Part shown: piece by piece, positions 11,166 through 22,549 of the stretch
Layout: each line of letters starts with the position of its first letter
Position numbering within the stretch: the first letter of the stretch is position 1
Assembly: GCF_003334305.1 (NCBI RefSeq)
Contig: NZ_QOWS01000021.1
From: Escherichia coli
GTDB lineage: Bacteria > Pseudomonadota > Gammaproteobacteria > Enterobacterales > Enterobacteriaceae
DNA length: 64,000 nt
Reading direction: 5' to 3' (one strand)
Program-made: the position numbers and the translations under genes
Notes under the pieces: generated by a model
Told to the model about the DNA's origin: nothing
Database searches by the model: none
The model's input: only the letters and a program-made list of their open reading frames with translations

Positions 11166-11834
11166 ATGGTGAAATTAATGAAAAAAAACACAGATGATGG
11201 GGCTAAAATTTACACACCACTTACCCTAAAGCTTTATGACTGGTGGGTTTTGGGAGTATCAAATCGGCTTGCATGGGGATGTCCTACAAAGGAACACCTT
11301 CTTCCACACTTTCTGGAACATTTAGGTAACAACCATCTGGATATTGGTGTTGGAACTGGGTTTTACCTTACTCACGTACCTGAGAGTAGTCTGATATCTT
11401 TAATGGATTTGAACGAAGCTAGCCTGAACGCGGCATCTACAAGGGCTGGGGAATCAAAAATTAAACATAAAATTAACCATGATGTTTTTGAACCTTATCC
11501 CGCGGCGTTACATGGTCAATTTGATTCCATTTCCATGTTTTACCTTCTTCACTGCCTGCCTGGAAATATATCTACAAAAAGCTGTGTAATACGCAATGCG
11601 GCGCAGGCCTTAACTGACGATGGAACTCTATACGGAGCCACAATTCTTGGCGATGGAGTTGTGCACAATAGCTTCGGTCAAAAACTGATGCGCATTTACA
11701 ATCAGAAAGGCATCTTTTCAAACACAAAAGATTCCGAAGAAGGCTTAACACATATACTCTCAGAGCATTTCGAGAATGTTAAAACCAAGGTTCAAGGTAC
11801 TGTAGTAATGTTTTCCGCTTCAGGGAAAAAATAG
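11166..11834 (+). CDS. ybcY: Class I SAM-dependent methyltransferase (YbcY-like), 222 aa
   Basis: Gly-rich SAM-binding motif DIGVGTGFY; same position as the ybcY pseudogene of DLP12. Confidence 0.65.
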   Translation: MVKLMKKNTDDGAKIYTPLTLKLYDWWVLGVSNRLAWGCPTKEHLLPHFLEHLGNNHLDIGVGTGFYLTHVPESSLISLMDLNEASLNAASTRAGESKIKHKINHDVFEPYPAALHGQFDSISMFYLLHCLPGNISTKSCVIRNAAQALTDDGTLYGATILGDGVVHNSFGQKLMRIYNQKGIFSNTKDSEEGLTHILSEHFENVKTKVQGTVVMFSASGKK

Positions 11835-11840
11835 CATCCA

Positions 11841-11882
11841 ACCGCAGCACGTTCTTGCATAAGGCGTGTCTGCGGTTTTTCA
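11841..11882 (+). terminator. Rho-independent terminator after ybcY
   Basis: Stem accgcagcacg…cgtgtctgcggt followed by TTTTT; coordinates approximate. Confidence 0.55.
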
Positions 11883-12348
11883 ACTATTCAGATACATCAC
11901 TCCCATCACATTCATTCCTCCGCATCATAGGCATATAGGCTATATCACCTTGATATTTTTCTTCTTCAGATAAAAACTGTTATCTATGTATACTTTTAAA
12001 CCCAATCCGTGTAGAGTCTCTGCATAAGATAGTTTGCAGTTGCCACTTCAGCTTGCGCCATAAACCGCCTGATTTTTGCCGCCACCTGTTAGCATTCCTG
12101 TATACCTGAAACGACAATGTTTATCTACGAACTTTAAGAACACCCAGGATAAAAATTGTCAACTATATCATATATAACACATTACTAATTCGAGGCTATA
12201 TGAACAGCATACTGATAATCACTTCTCTCCTTATCATATTCAGCATTTTTAGTCATGCCCTAATAAAATTAGGGATTGGCATATCCAATAACCCAGACAA
12301 AACCGATGTATAAGTCAACATATCCTGAATCAGACATACAATATCGCA

Positions 12349-12615
12349 ATGAAAATCAATAATATTTTAAGGAATATCTTCATGAAATCAAAAGACACCC
12401 TAAAGTGGTTCCCTGCGCAGCTTCCTGAAGTAAGAATTATCCTAGGGGATGCTGTAGTGGAAGTAGCAAAACAGGGAAGACCTATCAATACCAGAACATT
12501 GCTTGATTACATTGAAGGAAACATAAAGAAAAAATCATGGCTGGATAACAAAGAATTATTACAAACAGCGATATCAGTTCTTAAAGACAACCAAAATTTA
12601 AATGGTAAAATGTAA
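12349..12615 (+). CDS. Hypothetical protein, 88 aa, AT-rich cargo
   Basis: ORF only; no recognisable motif. Confidence 0.3.
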   Translation: MKINNILRNIFMKSKDTLKWFPAQLPEVRIILGDAVVEVAKQGRPINTRTLLDYIEGNIKKKSWLDNKELLQTAISVLKDNQNLNGKM

Positions 12616-12931
12616 TATAATAAACTTACTTTTTTATCATTTTTCCACTTTAACAACATTTTGCTCCACTTTTCCACGATCAAACAACTTGAAATCTGGT
12701 TAAAATAACACGCAACACTATTCTTCTTCCTTGAGTCCGCCCGGAACTCGAAAAACAAACCGAGTTAAAGCCATTTTTCACAAAATCGATTTTGGGTCTC
12801 ACCAAAATTACGGGGTTGCATACGCATTCGTTTATTTTCGAACGTGTACATACAAATATGCACAAAAATAATCAAAATTATTTTCTGAGATGCATTATGA
12901 TATGAACACCAATTTCGTATAGAGTCTCACT

Positions 12932-13522
12932 ATGTCTCGAATTTTTGCTTACTGTCGGATATCAACGCTGGATCAGACCATCGAAAATCAACGCAGGGAA
13001 ATCGAAAGTGCAGGTTTTAAAATCAAACCTCAGCAAATAATCGAAGAACACATTAGCGGCTCAGCAGCAACCAGTGAGCGTCCTGGTTTTAACCGGTTGC
13101 TTGCTCGCCTGAAATGTGGTGATCAATTGATTGTGACAAAACTGGATCGCCTTGGTTGTAATGCAATGGATATCAGGAAAACAGTGGAACAACTGACCGA
13201 AACAGGTATCAGAGTGCATTGCTTAGCATTGGGGGGCATTGACCTGACCAGTCCAACAGGAAAAATGATGATGCACGTAATTTCAGCAGTCGCTGAATTT
13301 GAACGAGACCTTTTACTTGAACGCACTCATTCCGGGATAGTAAGAGCCCGCGGCGCAGGGAAACGTTTTGGTCGACCACCTGTGTTAAATGAAGAACAGA
13401 AACAGGTGGTATTCGAACGAATTAAGTCAGGTGTAAGTATAAGTGCCATTGCCCGGGAATTCAAAACCTCGCGGCAAACCATTTTAAGAGCCAAAGCAAA
13501 ACTTCAGACACCTGACATATAA
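12932..13522 (+). CDS. pin: Serine recombinase / DNA invertase (Pin/Gin/Hin family), 196 aa
   Basis: N-terminal resolvase catalytic motif (YCRISTLDQ) and C-terminal HTH; strong similarity to e14 Pin as recalled. Confidence 0.9.
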   Translation: MSRIFAYCRISTLDQTIENQRREIESAGFKIKPQQIIEEHISGSAATSERPGFNRLLARLKCGDQLIVTKLDRLGCNAMDIRKTVEQLTETGIRVHCLALGGIDLTSPTGKMMMHVISAVAEFERDLLLERTHSGIVRARGAGKRFGRPPVLNEEQKQVVFERIKSGVSISAIAREFKTSRQTILRAKAKLQTPDI

Positions 13523-13619
13523 AAAATAATCTCGGTGTGAGATGCTTTACGTCTTCCAAGCCCCCTTCCTTGCCGTAAATGGAAAGATACATCTAATTAT
13601 AGAATTTATATGTTTTACC

Positions 13620-14195
13620 CTACGGCAGTGCTGGCCATTCAATATCCTGTGCAGTTGACGTATCAACACGGTTCAGCAACACCCGATACTTTTTCCAGGC
13701 TTCCAGCAATGAGGTTTCTTCCTCCGTTGCGATTTCCAGATCTACAGCATCCTGAAGTGGCGCAATATGCTCACTGGCTACCTGCATCAGGCTGTTTTTT
13801 GTTTCTTCCGCCTCTCGGATCCGGAACAGTTTTTCTGCTTCTGCATCTTTCACCCAGGCTGTGCCGTTCCACTTCTGAAACTCCCCTTCCGGCGATAACC
13901 AGGTAACATTTTCCGGTAACGGACCGAGTTCAGAAATAAATAACGCGTCCCCTGACGCTACGTCATAAACCGTTTTACCCCGATGGTCTTCAACGAGATG
14001 CCACGATGCCTTATCACTGTTGAAAACAGCCACAAAGCCAGCAGGAATATCTGGTGGTGCAATATCGGTACTGTTTGCTGGCAGACCTGTATGAGGCGGA
14101 ATATATGCGTCACCTTCACCAATAAATTCATTAGTTCCGGCCAGCAGATTATAAATTTTTATGGTCCGTGGTTGTTCACTCATTCTGAATGCCAT
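13620..14195 (-). CDS. tfa: Tail fibre assembly protein Tfa, 191 aa
   Basis: Conserved Tfa C-terminal motif; immediately downstream of the side tail fibre gene. Confidence 0.85.
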   Translation of the reverse strand: MAFRMSEQPRTIKIYNLLAGTNEFIGEGDAYIPPHTGLPANSTDIAPPDIPAGFVAVFNSDKASWHLVEDHRGKTVYDVASGDALFISELGPLPENVTWLSPEGEFQKWNGTAWVKDAEAEKLFRIREAEETKNSLMQVASEHIAPLQDAVDLEIATEEETSLLEAWKKYRVLLNRVDTSTAQDIEWPALP

Positions 14196-17029
14196 TATGC
14201 AAGCCTCACAATATAGTTAAATGCGATGTTTTTGACGGTGTTTTCCGCGTTACCAGCAGCGTTAACGGTGATGGTGTGTCCATGTGAACCAATCGCAACG
14301 GAGTGCGTATGAGCACCAATACCGACAGTATGCGCGTGTGCACCTGCAGATGCTGCTGTGCCGGACAGTGAATGGCTATGATTACCATCTGTACTGGTAT
14401 TCGCTAACCACCCCGTAGACATACCTACTGAGCCTTGTACACCCCAGGTATTTTGACCTGAGCTTGTATAACCATATTGATAAGTATCTTTAAAAACACT
14501 GGGGTTAAATCGACGGCCATCTCTATGGCTGTGATTACCAGCTGCATTCGTGCTGCCACTTAAACTATGGGTATGCGCACCAGTGTTATTCGTGGATTTA
14601 GTGCCGTAATCAAACGACGATGTGGTTTTCGTCCCCAAATCCGTACTGGATGCGCTGGCGCTGTGGGTATGCGATTTAATGCCGTCCTGTTCCTGAGACA
14701 ATACGGCCCGACCACTGGCAGGTTTGCCCTTAATCGTCCAGCCACGCATATCAGGGATCACGCCTGACGGATAAGCGGCTGCAAGTTTCGGGTATGCAGA
14801 TTTGTCAAAAGTCTGCCCCTGCATCAGGGCATAGCCAGACGGAACGGTATCTGATGGCCACGGGATTGGTGCGCCAGGCGGATAAAACTGCTCTGATGGC
14901 GTATAGAGTGAATAAACTGTACCGTCCGTTAACCCTTCCGGCTTATTAGCAGAATATGCTGGTGACGTATGAATCGTCACGCTGGCATTACTGGTATAAT
15001 CCCATTGAATATTTACACCAGTCGCATAATTTCCGATTGCAACGTAAATATCGTAAGTATCACCAGATGTATTGACCCAGGCAAAATTTGTAAACCCTGT
15101 CGATGTGCGCTGCCATAAAGCACCAGTAATCCCCTTCGGATTACCATTACCTGCACGTAAAACAAGTTCAGATATACCTGCCTGTTGAGGTGACCCCACG
15201 TTAAATCCAGCGCCACCAATCAACGTAATTGAAACAACAGAACTCGCCTGTGGCATGGTTACCGTTGCTAATTTGAACCAACCAGCACCACCGCTGAATG
15301 ACATTGTTGTTGAGTTAAGCGTACCAATATCTTTCGGCGTCAGTGTTATATCCGCTGAAAGCGCCTTACCATTCACCTTACGGGCAGAAGGTACCCGACC
15401 ATTCGCATTGTCATTAGCTGCTTTCACTGCTTTCGGTGTCGCAGCAAGCGTTTCAGATGTGCTGTTGGTTGCACTACTGAGCTGGACAATTCCTTTTTGT
15501 GCTGTCGTAGCGTCCTGTGCGGTGTATTTCCCGTTAGCCAGGTCATACGCGGCCTTAACGGCTTTTGGCGTTGCCGCCTGTGACTCGGAAGTGCTGTTGG
15601 TCGCACTGCTGAGCTGTACTATCCCCTTTTTCGTCGTGCTCGCATCCTCAAGCGCCACGGCGGATGCAATATCCTCTGCCCGTTTTGCTGCTGTCTCGGC
15701 GCGCGTTGCCGCGGATTCCGCCGTACTTTTGCTCTGTGCTGCCGCTGCCGCACTGCCAGCAGCCTCTGTCGCCTTCGTGGATGCCGTCGTGGCGCTGCCC
15801 CTCGCTGCTGACGCCTGTCTGGTCGCCTCATCTTTTGAAGCAGACGCAGATGATGCCGATGACGCCGCCGAACTGGCGGACGATGCGGCAGCCGTTTTTG
15901 AGGATTCTGCGCTGGTTTCCGACGCTTTCGCGTTCGTTTCGGATGTCTTCGCTGCGGAAGCAGACCTCGCTGCTGCGCTGGCCTGTTCAGTGGCTTCGCC
16001 AGCCTTCGTTGTGGCTGTTGAAGCGGATGATGCGGCGCTTTCTGCCGATTTTCCGGCGGCGGTGGCACTGACTGCTGCCTCCTCTGCCTTAATGGACGCC
16101 TCACGGGCCGATGATGCAGCTGCTGTCTCAGAGTCTGCCGCAGCTGAGGCGCTCTGTTCCGCTGCCGTTTCAGAAGACCTGGCATTCGTCTCGGACGTTT
16201 TTGCCGCCTTCACGGAATTTCCTGCCGCCGTTGCCGAGGAGGCTGCACTGCTGGCGCTTGTGGAGGCGTTCGTTTCTGATGATTTTGCCGCCTCTTTGGA
16301 GGCCGCCGCATCTCTGGCTGAAGTGGCGGCTTCTGACGCTTTCGTCGTCGCAGTGGATGCAGAAGTGGCTGCTGATTTTTGTGACGCTGCAGCATTCGTT
16401 TCTGACGTTTTCGCCGCACCGGCACTGGTGGCCGCCGCGCTTTTTGAGGACTCTGCAGCGGCAGCACTTTTTGATGCTTCAGTGGCCTTTGTTGATGCCG
16501 TTCCTGCGCTGGAAGACGCCTCCTGAGCCGAAGTCGCGGCCTGTCCGGCTGACGTGCTGGCTGCACGCGCTGAGCCTGCAGCATCAGTCGCATGGGTTGC
16601 CGCCTCACGGGCAGATGTGCCGGCATCACTGGCTGACTTCTTCGCGGCTGCCGTGTTCTGTGCCACCGCGGACGCGTTACGCGTCACCTCTTCCACCATC
16701 AGTTCAAAACGGCGCAGAGCCTCCGGACGGGCATCATCCTCCGTCATGGCACCGAGAAAATCATTCAGCGTACCGGGTCGGGAATCTTCATACACGGTGA
16801 TGGTCCCGGCATGTGACGGCGGGAATCCTTCCACCAACAGAATAACGCTGTACTGACCGTACTCAACGTCCATGCTGTAACGCCCGGCTTCATCCGGATT
16901 TTCTGAGGCCAGCGTGTTCACCACCACCGTGGTGCTGTTACGTTTTGCTTTCAGCTGGATTGTGCAGTTCTGTACCGGTTTTCCTGTGCCGTCTTTCAGT
17001 ACACCTGAAATCTTTACTGCCATATTCAC
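14195..17029 (-). CDS. stf: Side tail fibre protein (Stf-like), 944 aa, with long Ala/Ser/Thr-rich repeats
   Basis: Repeated KTSETNA-type units, His-rich C-terminal tip (HTHS…HSHS…HAHT…HGHT); lies between lom and tfa. Confidence 0.85.
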   Translation of the reverse strand: MNMAVKISGVLKDGTGKPVQNCTIQLKAKRNSTTVVVNTLASENPDEAGRYSMDVEYGQYSVILLVEGFPPSHAGTITVYEDSRPGTLNDFLGAMTEDDARPEALRRFELMVEEVTRNASAVAQNTAAAKKSASDAGTSAREAATHATDAAGSARAASTSAGQAATSAQEASSSAGTASTKATEASKSAAAAESSKSAAATSAGAAKTSETNAAASQKSAATSASTATTKASEAATSARDAAASKEAAKSSETNASTSASSAASSATAAGNSVKAAKTSETNARSSETAAEQSASAAADSETAAASSAREASIKAEEAAVSATAAGKSAESAASSASTATTKAGEATEQASAAARSASAAKTSETNAKASETSAESSKTAAASSASSAASSASSASASKDEATRQASAARGSATTASTKATEAAGSAAAAAQSKSTAESAATRAETAAKRAEDIASAVALEDASTTKKGIVQLSSATNSTSESQAATPKAVKAAYDLANGKYTAQDATTAQKGIVQLSSATNSTSETLAATPKAVKAANDNANGRVPSARKVNGKALSADITLTPKDIGTLNSTTMSFSGGAGWFKLATVTMPQASSVVSITLIGGAGFNVGSPQQAGISELVLRAGNGNPKGITGALWQRTSTGFTNFAWVNTSGDTYDIYVAIGNYATGVNIQWDYTSNASVTIHTSPAYSANKPEGLTDGTVYSLYTPSEQFYPPGAPIPWPSDTVPSGYALMQGQTFDKSAYPKLAAAYPSGVIPDMRGWTIKGKPASGRAVLSQEQDGIKSHTHSASASSTDLGTKTTSSFDYGTKSTNNTGAHTHSLSGSTNAAGNHSHRDGRRFNPSVFKDTYQYGYTSSGQNTWGVQGSVGMSTGWLANTSTDGNHSHSLSGTAASAGAHAHTVGIGAHTHSVAIGSHGHTITVNAAGNAENTVKNIAFNYIVRLA

Positions 17030-17087
17030 CCCACAAAAAAGCCCGCCTGAACCGGCGGGCTGTCATAACACTGTGTTACCTGGCTAA

Positions 17088-17687
17088 TCAGAACTTATAA
17101 CCGACACCCACGATGAAACCGTCAGTGCGCCAGTCGCCACTGCCGGAGCCTTCATAAGCAATATCAATGGCCACGGATTCGGTCGGGTTAAACTGCACGC
17201 CAGCTCCCCACGCCAGAGACGTGTTGCTGTGGCGACCGTCATCACTTCCGGTCAGCACGTCGTGCGTTTTCCCCTTGTTGTCAGTTACGCGGAGATAATC
17301 CCCGGAGAAAGTCGACACACGGCTGTAAGCCACACCCGCCATCGCATACGCGCTGAACCATTCATTCACGCGCACAGACGGCCCCGCCATTACGCTGAAC
17401 CAGCGGTTACGAACGGAATCTTCATGCCAGCGAGTATCGCTGTAATGGGTCAGTTGGCGATTCTTGTCTCCTGCATAGCTGAATGACGTCACCAGCCCCA
17501 GCGTATCCGTAAACTCATAACGGTATTTCACGTTAATCCCGTTCAGATCATCACTGCCGGGAACGTTGGTCCGGGCATGAAGATACCCCGCGCTCAGCGT
17601 GGACTGATGTTCAGACGCCCATGCAGGCGCACCGGATACGGCCAGACAAATGGCTGCGGACAAAATGGCGGCACAAACTTTACGCAT
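17088..17687 (-). CDS. lom: Lom outer membrane protein (Ail/Lom family), 199 aa
   Basis: Signal peptide plus beta-barrel-like sequence ending …VGVGYKF; directly downstream of J as in lambda. Confidence 0.85.
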   Translation of the reverse strand: MRKVCAAILSAAICLAVSGAPAWASEHQSTLSAGYLHARTNVPGSDDLNGINVKYRYEFTDTLGLVTSFSYAGDKNRQLTHYSDTRWHEDSVRNRWFSVMAGPSVRVNEWFSAYAMAGVAYSRVSTFSGDYLRVTDNKGKTHDVLTGSDDGRHSNTSLAWGAGVQFNPTESVAIDIAYEGSGSGDWRTDGFIVGVGYKF

Positions 17688-17757
17688 AATTACCTCTCGC
17701 TTTTCTGCAATAAAAAAGGCGTCATTCCTGACGCCATTTATTGGGGTTATAAATATT

Positions 17758-20700
17758 TCAACGAATACTGATGCCGGAAGCCGCTTTTTTGGTCACAATC
17801 ACCGTACAGTCGGTGATATTGCCTGCCCCCTGATTGCCTTTCTGGAAAATCTTAAACTCCAGAGTGACGCTACCACCACCACTAGGCATATCAATAACTG
17901 CACTGTAACTACCGGGAATGGCCCCTTTAGTTTCTCTGGATGCGATTAATACGCCGTTTTTGCGAACTTCAAAACCATAACCCGTGTATCGCGTGCCTCC
18001 TGGGTTATTTCCGCTCCCCGGATCGTCATACGCTATACCGTTAAAAATAATGGGCGGAATAATAATCTGGCGGTCAAAGTTATGATCATCGCTGATGGTG
18101 ACTGTAACCGTACCGTTTGGTGTTTCCGTGTTACCCCACGTACCGACTTTTTTCGGGAAGGCTTTTGATACAGCTTTAACGAAATCCCCTCTGACCTGGG
18201 TCGCCTCCAGCATGCCCTTAATCGTACAGTTTTCATTTACCGTGACATTGTTGAGCGTTCCTGAGTTCGCATTCACACTACCACTGATATCCGCATTTTT
18301 AGCGGTCAGCTTTCCGTCTGATGTCAGGGAAAATACCGGAGGACTGCCACCGCTGGTAATGGTGGGGGCTGTCAGGCGCTTCAGGAACACGTCGTTCATG
18401 AATATCTGGTTGCCCTGCGCCACAAACATCGGCGTTTCATTCCCGTTTGCCGGGTCAATAAACGCGATACGATTGGCGGCAACCAGAAACTGGCTCAGCT
18501 TGCCTTCCTCCGTGTCCTCCATGCTGAGGCCAATACCCGCGACATAATGTTTGCCGTCTTTGGTCTGCTCAATTTTGACGCCCCACATAGCATTCCATTT
18601 ATCGTTAGCGTCCTTCCACTCTTTCGAAAACTCATCCAGTCTGCTGGCGTTATCCTCCGTCAGGTCGACTTTTTCCAGCAGCTCTTTACCGAGATGGGAT
18701 TCGGTTATCTTGCCTTTGAAAAAATCCAGGTAACCTTCCGCATCATCGCTCGCCCGACCGACGGCCTCCACGAATGCCGATTTGCCAACGGTGTTCACAC
18801 TGCGGATATAAAAGTAATAATCATGGCCCGGTTTGATATTGATACTGGCGGCTATCCAGTACAGCCCCGTGCCAAGGTAGCGGGCTGTGGTTTCAACCTG
18901 CCTGATATCGGTAATCCGCGTTTCCGAGAACCAGAACTCAAACTGTACCGTCGGATCATAAACCGCAAGATGCGGCGTGGCGGTTATCTGAAAATAGCCC
19001 GGCGTCAGCTCAATCCGCGACGGCGCTGCCGGGGCGGCAATCCGGAACGATACCGACGCCGGATCGCCCTGCTGTCCCCGGGCATTTACCGCCCGGACCG
19101 TCAGCGTGTAACGCCCCAGCGCCAGTTGCCTGAAGCGGTAAGTGGTTTCCGTCGTCCGGGCCGTGCTGACCAGCCGCTCACTGCCGTCATCGGCGGCCAC
19201 GGTCAGGCGAAGCATAAAGCTCACGCCCTTCACCACCTTCGGCGTATCCCAGCGCGCCAGCACCTGGTATTCCCCGCTGTCTGCGGTGACTTCGGCGGTC
19301 AGGTGCTGCACCGCTGGCGGCGTGACACCATTCACCGTGCCGCTCTGGTCGCCGTCAAAGTGCGCCCCGTTATCCACGATGGCTTCTTTTTCCGGTACAT
19401 GCTGCACGGCGGTGATGGCATACGTGCCGTCGTCGTTCTCACGGATACTCACGCAGCGGAACAGGCGCTGGCGCAGCGTCGGCAGCTTCAGCCCCCACAC
19501 GCTGTATTCAGCAACGCCGTCAGGAACACGGCTCACTTTCACCTTCACGCCGTCGGTGACGGACTGAACCTCCACGCTGACCGGATTGCCACTTCCGTCA
19601 ACCAGGCTTATCAGCGTGGTACCGGAGGATGGCAGCGTGATTTCACGGTCGAGCGTCAGCGTCCGGGTCTGGCTGTTTACCGCCAGCACGCGACCACCGG
19701 TGCTGATACCGGCATAGTCATCATCGCAGATTTCAATGACATCGCCCGGTACATGGCGAAGCCCTTCAGCACCCACGCTGAAGTCCACGGTCTGCGTTTC
19801 CAGCAGTTCCGTTTTAATCAGCCACAGCCCGGCGCGGTGCGCCTGCCCCCGGCTGGTACAGCCAAAGGCATCCATCTTCGTGACGTTACGACCGTAACGG
19901 GCAATGGCCTGCGCATCTTCAACAAGCTCTGTCGCCGTCTCCCAGCCGTTATCCGGGTCAATCCAGTTCACCTCAACGGCATTATGGCGGTCCTTCAGGG
20001 CGCTGAAACTGTAGCGGAACGGCGCGCCATCATCCGGCATCACCACATTACTGCGGTTATAGGTCCACACCTTATCTGATGGTCGGTCCTGCACGAACGT
20101 CAGCGTCTGCCCGTTCCATACCGGCATACAGCGCATCGCCGAGCAGAAATCACTGAGCACATCCCACGCCTTACGCTGCGTGGTCAGGTAGGCATTACAG
20201 GTGATGCGCGGCTCCGTGCCGCCAAAACCGTCCGGCACTGACTGGTCGCAGTACTGGCCGATGACATACAGCGCCCATTTATCCACATCCGCCGCACCAA
20301 GACGTTTCCCCATGCCGTAGCGCGGATGGGTCAGCATATCCCACAGACACCAGGCCATGTTGTTGCTGTATGCCGGTTTAAACGTTCCGTCCCAGATACC
20401 GCTGTATTGCCGCGTCTGCGGGTTATAGTTCGACGGCACCTGCAGAATGCGCCCGCGCAGATGATAATTACGGCTCACCTGCTGGCTGCCGAACTGCTCC
20501 GAATCCACCTGCACGCCGACCAGTGCCGTGTTCGGGTAGCCCTGTTTCACATCGATGATTTCGGTGTATGACGACCAGAGCGTTTTGTTCTGCAGCTGGT
20601 CTGTGGTGCTGTCCGGCGTCATCCTGCGCATCCGGATATTAAACGGGCGCGGCGGCAGGCTACCCACCACCACCGAGGCCAGATACTGCGAGGTGGTTTT

Positions 20701-21171
20701 GCCCTTAATGGTGATGTCTTTTTCCGTCACCCAGCCACCGTTACGTTGTATCTGAACCAGCAGACGGACTTCCGACGGATTCCTGTCACCCTTTGAGGTG
20801 GTTTCCACCAGTGCCTGTACACCGAAGGTAAAGCGCAGACGGTCGATGTTTGCAGACGTAATGGTGCGGGTGATCGGCGTGTCATATTTCACTTCCGTAC
20901 CCAGCACCGTCTCGGAGCCGGAGGATTCAAACCCCTCCGGCGGTGTCTGCTCCTGCTCACCGGCACGGAACACCACCGTGACACCGGAGATGTTGGTATT
21001 CCCCTCAGTGTCCAGCACCGGCGTACTGTTCAGCAGCACGCTTTTTAATCCATCCACCGGACCTTCAACCGGCCCTTCGCTGATGGCATCGATCACACTC
21101 AGCAACTGCGTGGACTTCAGGTTGTCCTTCGCTTCGCGCGGGGTATGCCCCTTACTGCTTCCTTTACCCAT
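17758..21171 (-). CDS. J: Tail tip / host specificity protein J, 1137 aa
   Basis: Near-identical to lambda J over about the first 980 residues as recalled; the C-terminal ~150 aa diverge. Confidence 0.95.
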   Translation of the reverse strand: MGKGSSKGHTPREAKDNLKSTQLLSVIDAISEGPVEGPVDGLKSVLLNSTPVLDTEGNTNISGVTVVFRAGEQEQTPPEGFESSGSETVLGTEVKYDTPITRTITSANIDRLRFTFGVQALVETTSKGDRNPSEVRLLVQIQRNGGWVTEKDITIKGKTTSQYLASVVVGSLPPRPFNIRMRRMTPDSTTDQLQNKTLWSSYTEIIDVKQGYPNTALVGVQVDSEQFGSQQVSRNYHLRGRILQVPSNYNPQTRQYSGIWDGTFKPAYSNNMAWCLWDMLTHPRYGMGKRLGAADVDKWALYVIGQYCDQSVPDGFGGTEPRITCNAYLTTQRKAWDVLSDFCSAMRCMPVWNGQTLTFVQDRPSDKVWTYNRSNVVMPDDGAPFRYSFSALKDRHNAVEVNWIDPDNGWETATELVEDAQAIARYGRNVTKMDAFGCTSRGQAHRAGLWLIKTELLETQTVDFSVGAEGLRHVPGDVIEICDDDYAGISTGGRVLAVNSQTRTLTLDREITLPSSGTTLISLVDGSGNPVSVEVQSVTDGVKVKVSRVPDGVAEYSVWGLKLPTLRQRLFRCVSIRENDDGTYAITAVQHVPEKEAIVDNGAHFDGDQSGTVNGVTPPAVQHLTAEVTADSGEYQVLARWDTPKVVKGVSFMLRLTVAADDGSERLVSTARTTETTYRFRQLALGRYTLTVRAVNARGQQGDPASVSFRIAAPAAPSRIELTPGYFQITATPHLAVYDPTVQFEFWFSETRITDIRQVETTARYLGTGLYWIAASINIKPGHDYYFYIRSVNTVGKSAFVEAVGRASDDAEGYLDFFKGKITESHLGKELLEKVDLTEDNASRLDEFSKEWKDANDKWNAMWGVKIEQTKDGKHYVAGIGLSMEDTEEGKLSQFLVAANRIAFIDPANGNETPMFVAQGNQIFMNDVFLKRLTAPTITSGGSPPVFSLTSDGKLTAKNADISGSVNANSGTLNNVTVNENCTIKGMLEATQVRGDFVKAVSKAFPKKVGTWGNTETPNGTVTVTISDDHNFDRQIIIPPIIFNGIAYDDPGSGNNPGGTRYTGYGFEVRKNGVLIASRETKGAIPGSYSAVIDMPSGGGSVTLEFKIFQKGNQGAGNITDCTVIVTKKAASGISIR

Positions 21172-21231
21172 TCCTCACGCTCCATAAATGACAAAACCGC
21201 CCGCAGGCGGTTTCACATAAAACATTTTGCA

Positions 21232-21903
21232 TCAGCGACCAATCACCACAACCTGACCACCGTCCCCTTCGTCTGCCGTGCTGATCTCCTGAGAAACCAC
21301 GCGTGACCCCACGCGCATTTCCCCGTACAGAACAGGCAGAACATTGCCCTGGGCAACCATGTTATCCAGTGAGGAGAAATAGGTGTTCTGCTTACCGTTA
21401 TCCGTTGTCTGTGTACGGGGAGTTCTGGCTTTCGGTGCCAGCATCTGCGCCACACCACCGAGCACCATACTGGCACCGAGAGAAAACAGGATGCCGGTCA
21501 TACCACCGGCCCCAATGGCTGCCCCCCATGCTGCAAGGGTGGCTCCGGCGGTAAAGAATGATCCGGCAATGGCGGCAGCCCCCAGGACAATCTGGAATAC
21601 GCCACCTGACTTGGCCCCGGCGACTCTGGGAACAATATGAATCACAGCGCCATCAGGCAGAGTCTCATGTAACTGCGCCGTTAACCCGGACGTGCTGACG
21701 TCCCGCCCGGCAATCCGTACCTGATACCAGCCGTCGCTCAGTTTCTGACGAAACGCCGGGAGCTGTGTGGCCAGTGCCCGGATGGCTTCAGCCCCCGTTT
21801 TCACACGAAGGTCGATGCGGCGACCAAGTCGTTGTAAATCCCCGTAAAGGCAGATGCGCGCCATGCCCGGTGACGCCAGAGGGAGTGTGTGCGTCGCTGC
21901 CAT
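21232..21903 (-). CDS. I: Tail tip assembly protein I, 223 aa
   Basis: Matches lambda I as recalled (MAATHTLPLASPGMARICLYGDLQ…). Confidence 0.9.
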   Translation of the reverse strand: MAATHTLPLASPGMARICLYGDLQRLGRRIDLRVKTGAEAIRALATQLPAFRQKLSDGWYQVRIAGRDVSTSGLTAQLHETLPDGAVIHIVPRVAGAKSGGVFQIVLGAAAIAGSFFTAGATLAAWGAAIGAGGMTGILFSLGASMVLGGVAQMLAPKARTPRTQTTDNGKQNTYFSSLDNMVAQGNVLPVLYGEMRVGSRVVSQEISTADEGDGGQVVVIGR

Positions 21904-22544
21904 TTGTCGGTGTACCTCTCTCGTTTGCTCAGTTGTTCAGGAATATGGTGCAGCAGCTCGCCGTCGCCGCAGTAAATTGCGGCGTGATTCGGCACCGATG
22001 AACCAAAACAGCACAGCAGCACATCGCCCGGCTGTGCCGCTGACAACGGCACCTGATACAGCCCCGTCGCCTCCAGATTATCCAGATAGAGATTCTGGCC
22101 GTTACGCCACCAGTCATCCTCACGATGAAAGTCCGGCATCTCAATCCCCGCCAGATGATAAGCATCCCGGAACAGTGTGTAACAGTCCGTCACACCGTGC
22201 TCAAAGCGCCGCCCGGTGAGATGCGGCACACAGCGGAACTTATGAATCGTCCCCCGGCAGACCAGCCACCACGGCAAATCACTCTGCACCTGCAGCCGCC
22301 GGTCGGCCTCACTCAGCCAGGGCAGACCACCGGGGTGGCTGTGGACCAGCGCCACAATCTCACCCTGCATTTCTGCCTGCAGCCAGTCTTCCGGCGACAT
22401 ACGGAAATACGCCTCCGGCTCACCGGAGATATTCACGCAGGGGAAATATCTTTCCCCCTCCGGCGTGCTTACCACGAAGCCGCACGACTCCGCTGGCGCA
22501 CATCGCCGGGCGTGCGCCAGAATCGCTGATTCTGTCTGTGTCAT
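21801..22544 (-). CDS. K: Tail tip assembly protein K (JAB/MPN + NlpC/P60-like)
   Basis: Matches lambda K; the classical lambda annotation uses an internal start (about 22400, 199 aa); overlaps I by about 100 nt. Confidence 0.85.
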   Translation of the reverse strand: MTQTESAILAHARRCAPAESCGFVVSTPEGERYFPCVNISGEPEAYFRMSPEDWLQAEMQGEIVALVHSHPGGLPWLSEADRRLQVQSDLPWWLVCRGTIHKFRCVPHLTGRRFEHGVTDCYTLFRDAYHLAGIEMPDFHREDDWWRNGQNLYLDNLEATGLYQVPLSAAQPGDVLLCCFGSSVPNHAAIYCGDGELLHHIPEQLSKRERYTDKWQRRTHSLWRHRAWRASAFTGIYNDLVAASTFV

Positions 22545-22549
22545 GGGAT

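Noticed and set aside
12700-12800. Possible Gin/Hin-type crossover site (aaaccgag core near 12745)
   Set aside because: The match is degenerate and has no inverted partner, so no recombination site is called.
15250-16550. Tandem repetitive DNA, considered as a possible CRISPR array or VNTR
   Set aside because: The repeats are imperfect, lack spacer-like unique inserts and are in-frame coding repeats of the side tail fibre.
15255-16800. Several long ORFs on both strands (for example 15255-16526, 15619-16185, 16111-16800)
   Set aside because: They are shadow frames of the repeat-rich stf gene; their translations are Ala/Arg/Pro low-complexity artefacts.
18547-20079. 510-aa plus-strand ORF
   Set aside because: Lies entirely antisense within the well-supported J gene; Arg/His-rich low-complexity translation typical of a shadow ORF.
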